Of a stretch of DNA of 32,000 nt, positions 31,876 to 32,000 are shown piece by piece. The notes under the pieces were generated by a model. It made no database searches and was not told the DNA's origin. It worked only from the letters and a program-made list of their open reading frames with translations. Both the position numbers and the translations under genes were made by a program. Source of the stretch: Candidatus Saccharimonadota bacterium (GTDB lineage Bacteria > Patescibacteriota > Gracilibacteria > BD1-5 > UBA6164); assembly GCA_004563595.2 (NCBI GenBank), contig CP042461.1, positions 60,001 to 92,000 on the forward strand. The letters run 5' to 3'. The number at the start of each line of letters is the position of its first letter. The first letter of the stretch is position 1.

Positions 31876-32000
31876 ATGAGACATAGAGTCAGAAAACATC
31901 TAAAATTTAGCAACAAAAGTTTTGCTCATAGAAAATCTATGGAAAGAAATTTGTTAACTTCATTTTTCATGCATAAGTCTATAAAAACTACTGAAAAAAA
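31876..32000 (+). CDS. rplQ: ribosomal protein L17 (5' part; runs off the right edge)
   Basis: MRHRVRKHLKFSNKSFAHRKSMERNLLTSFFMHKSIKTTEK matches the L17 N-terminus. Lies in the canonical position after rpoA. Confidence 0.9.
   Translation, partial: MRHRVRKHLKFSNKSFAHRKSMERNLLTSFFMHKSIKTTEK

Noticed and set aside
1-32000. Interpretation of the fragmented ORF track as a heavily pseudogenised or low-coding region
   Set aside because: The interruptions are almost exclusively TGA. They sit on conserved Gly positions, and frames are never shifted. Reading TGA as sense restores full-length orthologs of more than 15 universal genes.
1-32000. Translation table 4 (TGA=Trp, Mycoplasma/Spiroplasma-like), given the low GC
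   Set aside because: TGA aligns with invariant Gly (GHVDHGKT, DTPGH, MARIAGV, EGT/SGKMR of IF-1), not Trp. Trp positions use TGG.
1-32000. tRNA, rRNA, CRISPR arrays, transposases/IS ends, integrases, toxin-antitoxin or known defence genes
   Set aside because: I scanned by eye for T-loop consensus (GTTCGAATC-like), direct repeat arrays, terminal inverted repeats and recombinase motifs, and found none. A covariance or HMM scan would be needed to be definitive.

Overview
AT-rich 32-kb chromosomal window, about 30% GC by eye, from a bacterium that reads TGA as glycine (translation table 25). That code is used by the Gracilibacteria and Absconditabacteria (SR1) lineages of the CPR/Patescibacteria. 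The supplied six-frame track assumes the standard code, so it shatters nearly every real gene and shows many spurious antisense ORFs. I retranslated by hand with TGA=Gly and only TAA/TAG as stops. This gives 34 tightly packed CDS and no rRNA, tRNA, CRISPR or mobile element that I can see. Housekeeping genes: rnj, pyrH, rpmH-rnpA-yidC, an archaeal-type CMP-kinase-like gene, trmD, tig, jag, infB, and infA-rpmJ-rpsM-rpsK-rpsD-rpoA-rplQ. Two accessory cell-surface loci interrupt them. (A) 1-5615: four tandem paralogous VirB2/TrbC-like pilin genes followed by a membrane-anchored HExxH metallopeptidase. Divergently transcribed from them are a GT4 glycosyltransferase, a Wzy_C/O-antigen-ligase-family membrane protein and a secreted coiled-coil protein. 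I read this as a candidate glycosylated-pilin module with no secretion ATPase in view. (B) 11837-19851: an LPXTG sortase-substrate protein, a 1299-aa protein with a peptidoglycan-binding domain but no signal peptide, a 60-aa membrane peptide, and a 962-aa secreted Cys-rich-repeat adhesin-like protein. Smaller oddities: an L34 of nearly double the usual length, an RNase J with a disordered N-terminal extension, a stand-alone cNMP-binding protein between infB and infA, jag uncoupled from yidC and leading two unknown genes, and a locally GC-rich double hairpin after rnj. All coordinates and translations were derived by eye and no database search was run.
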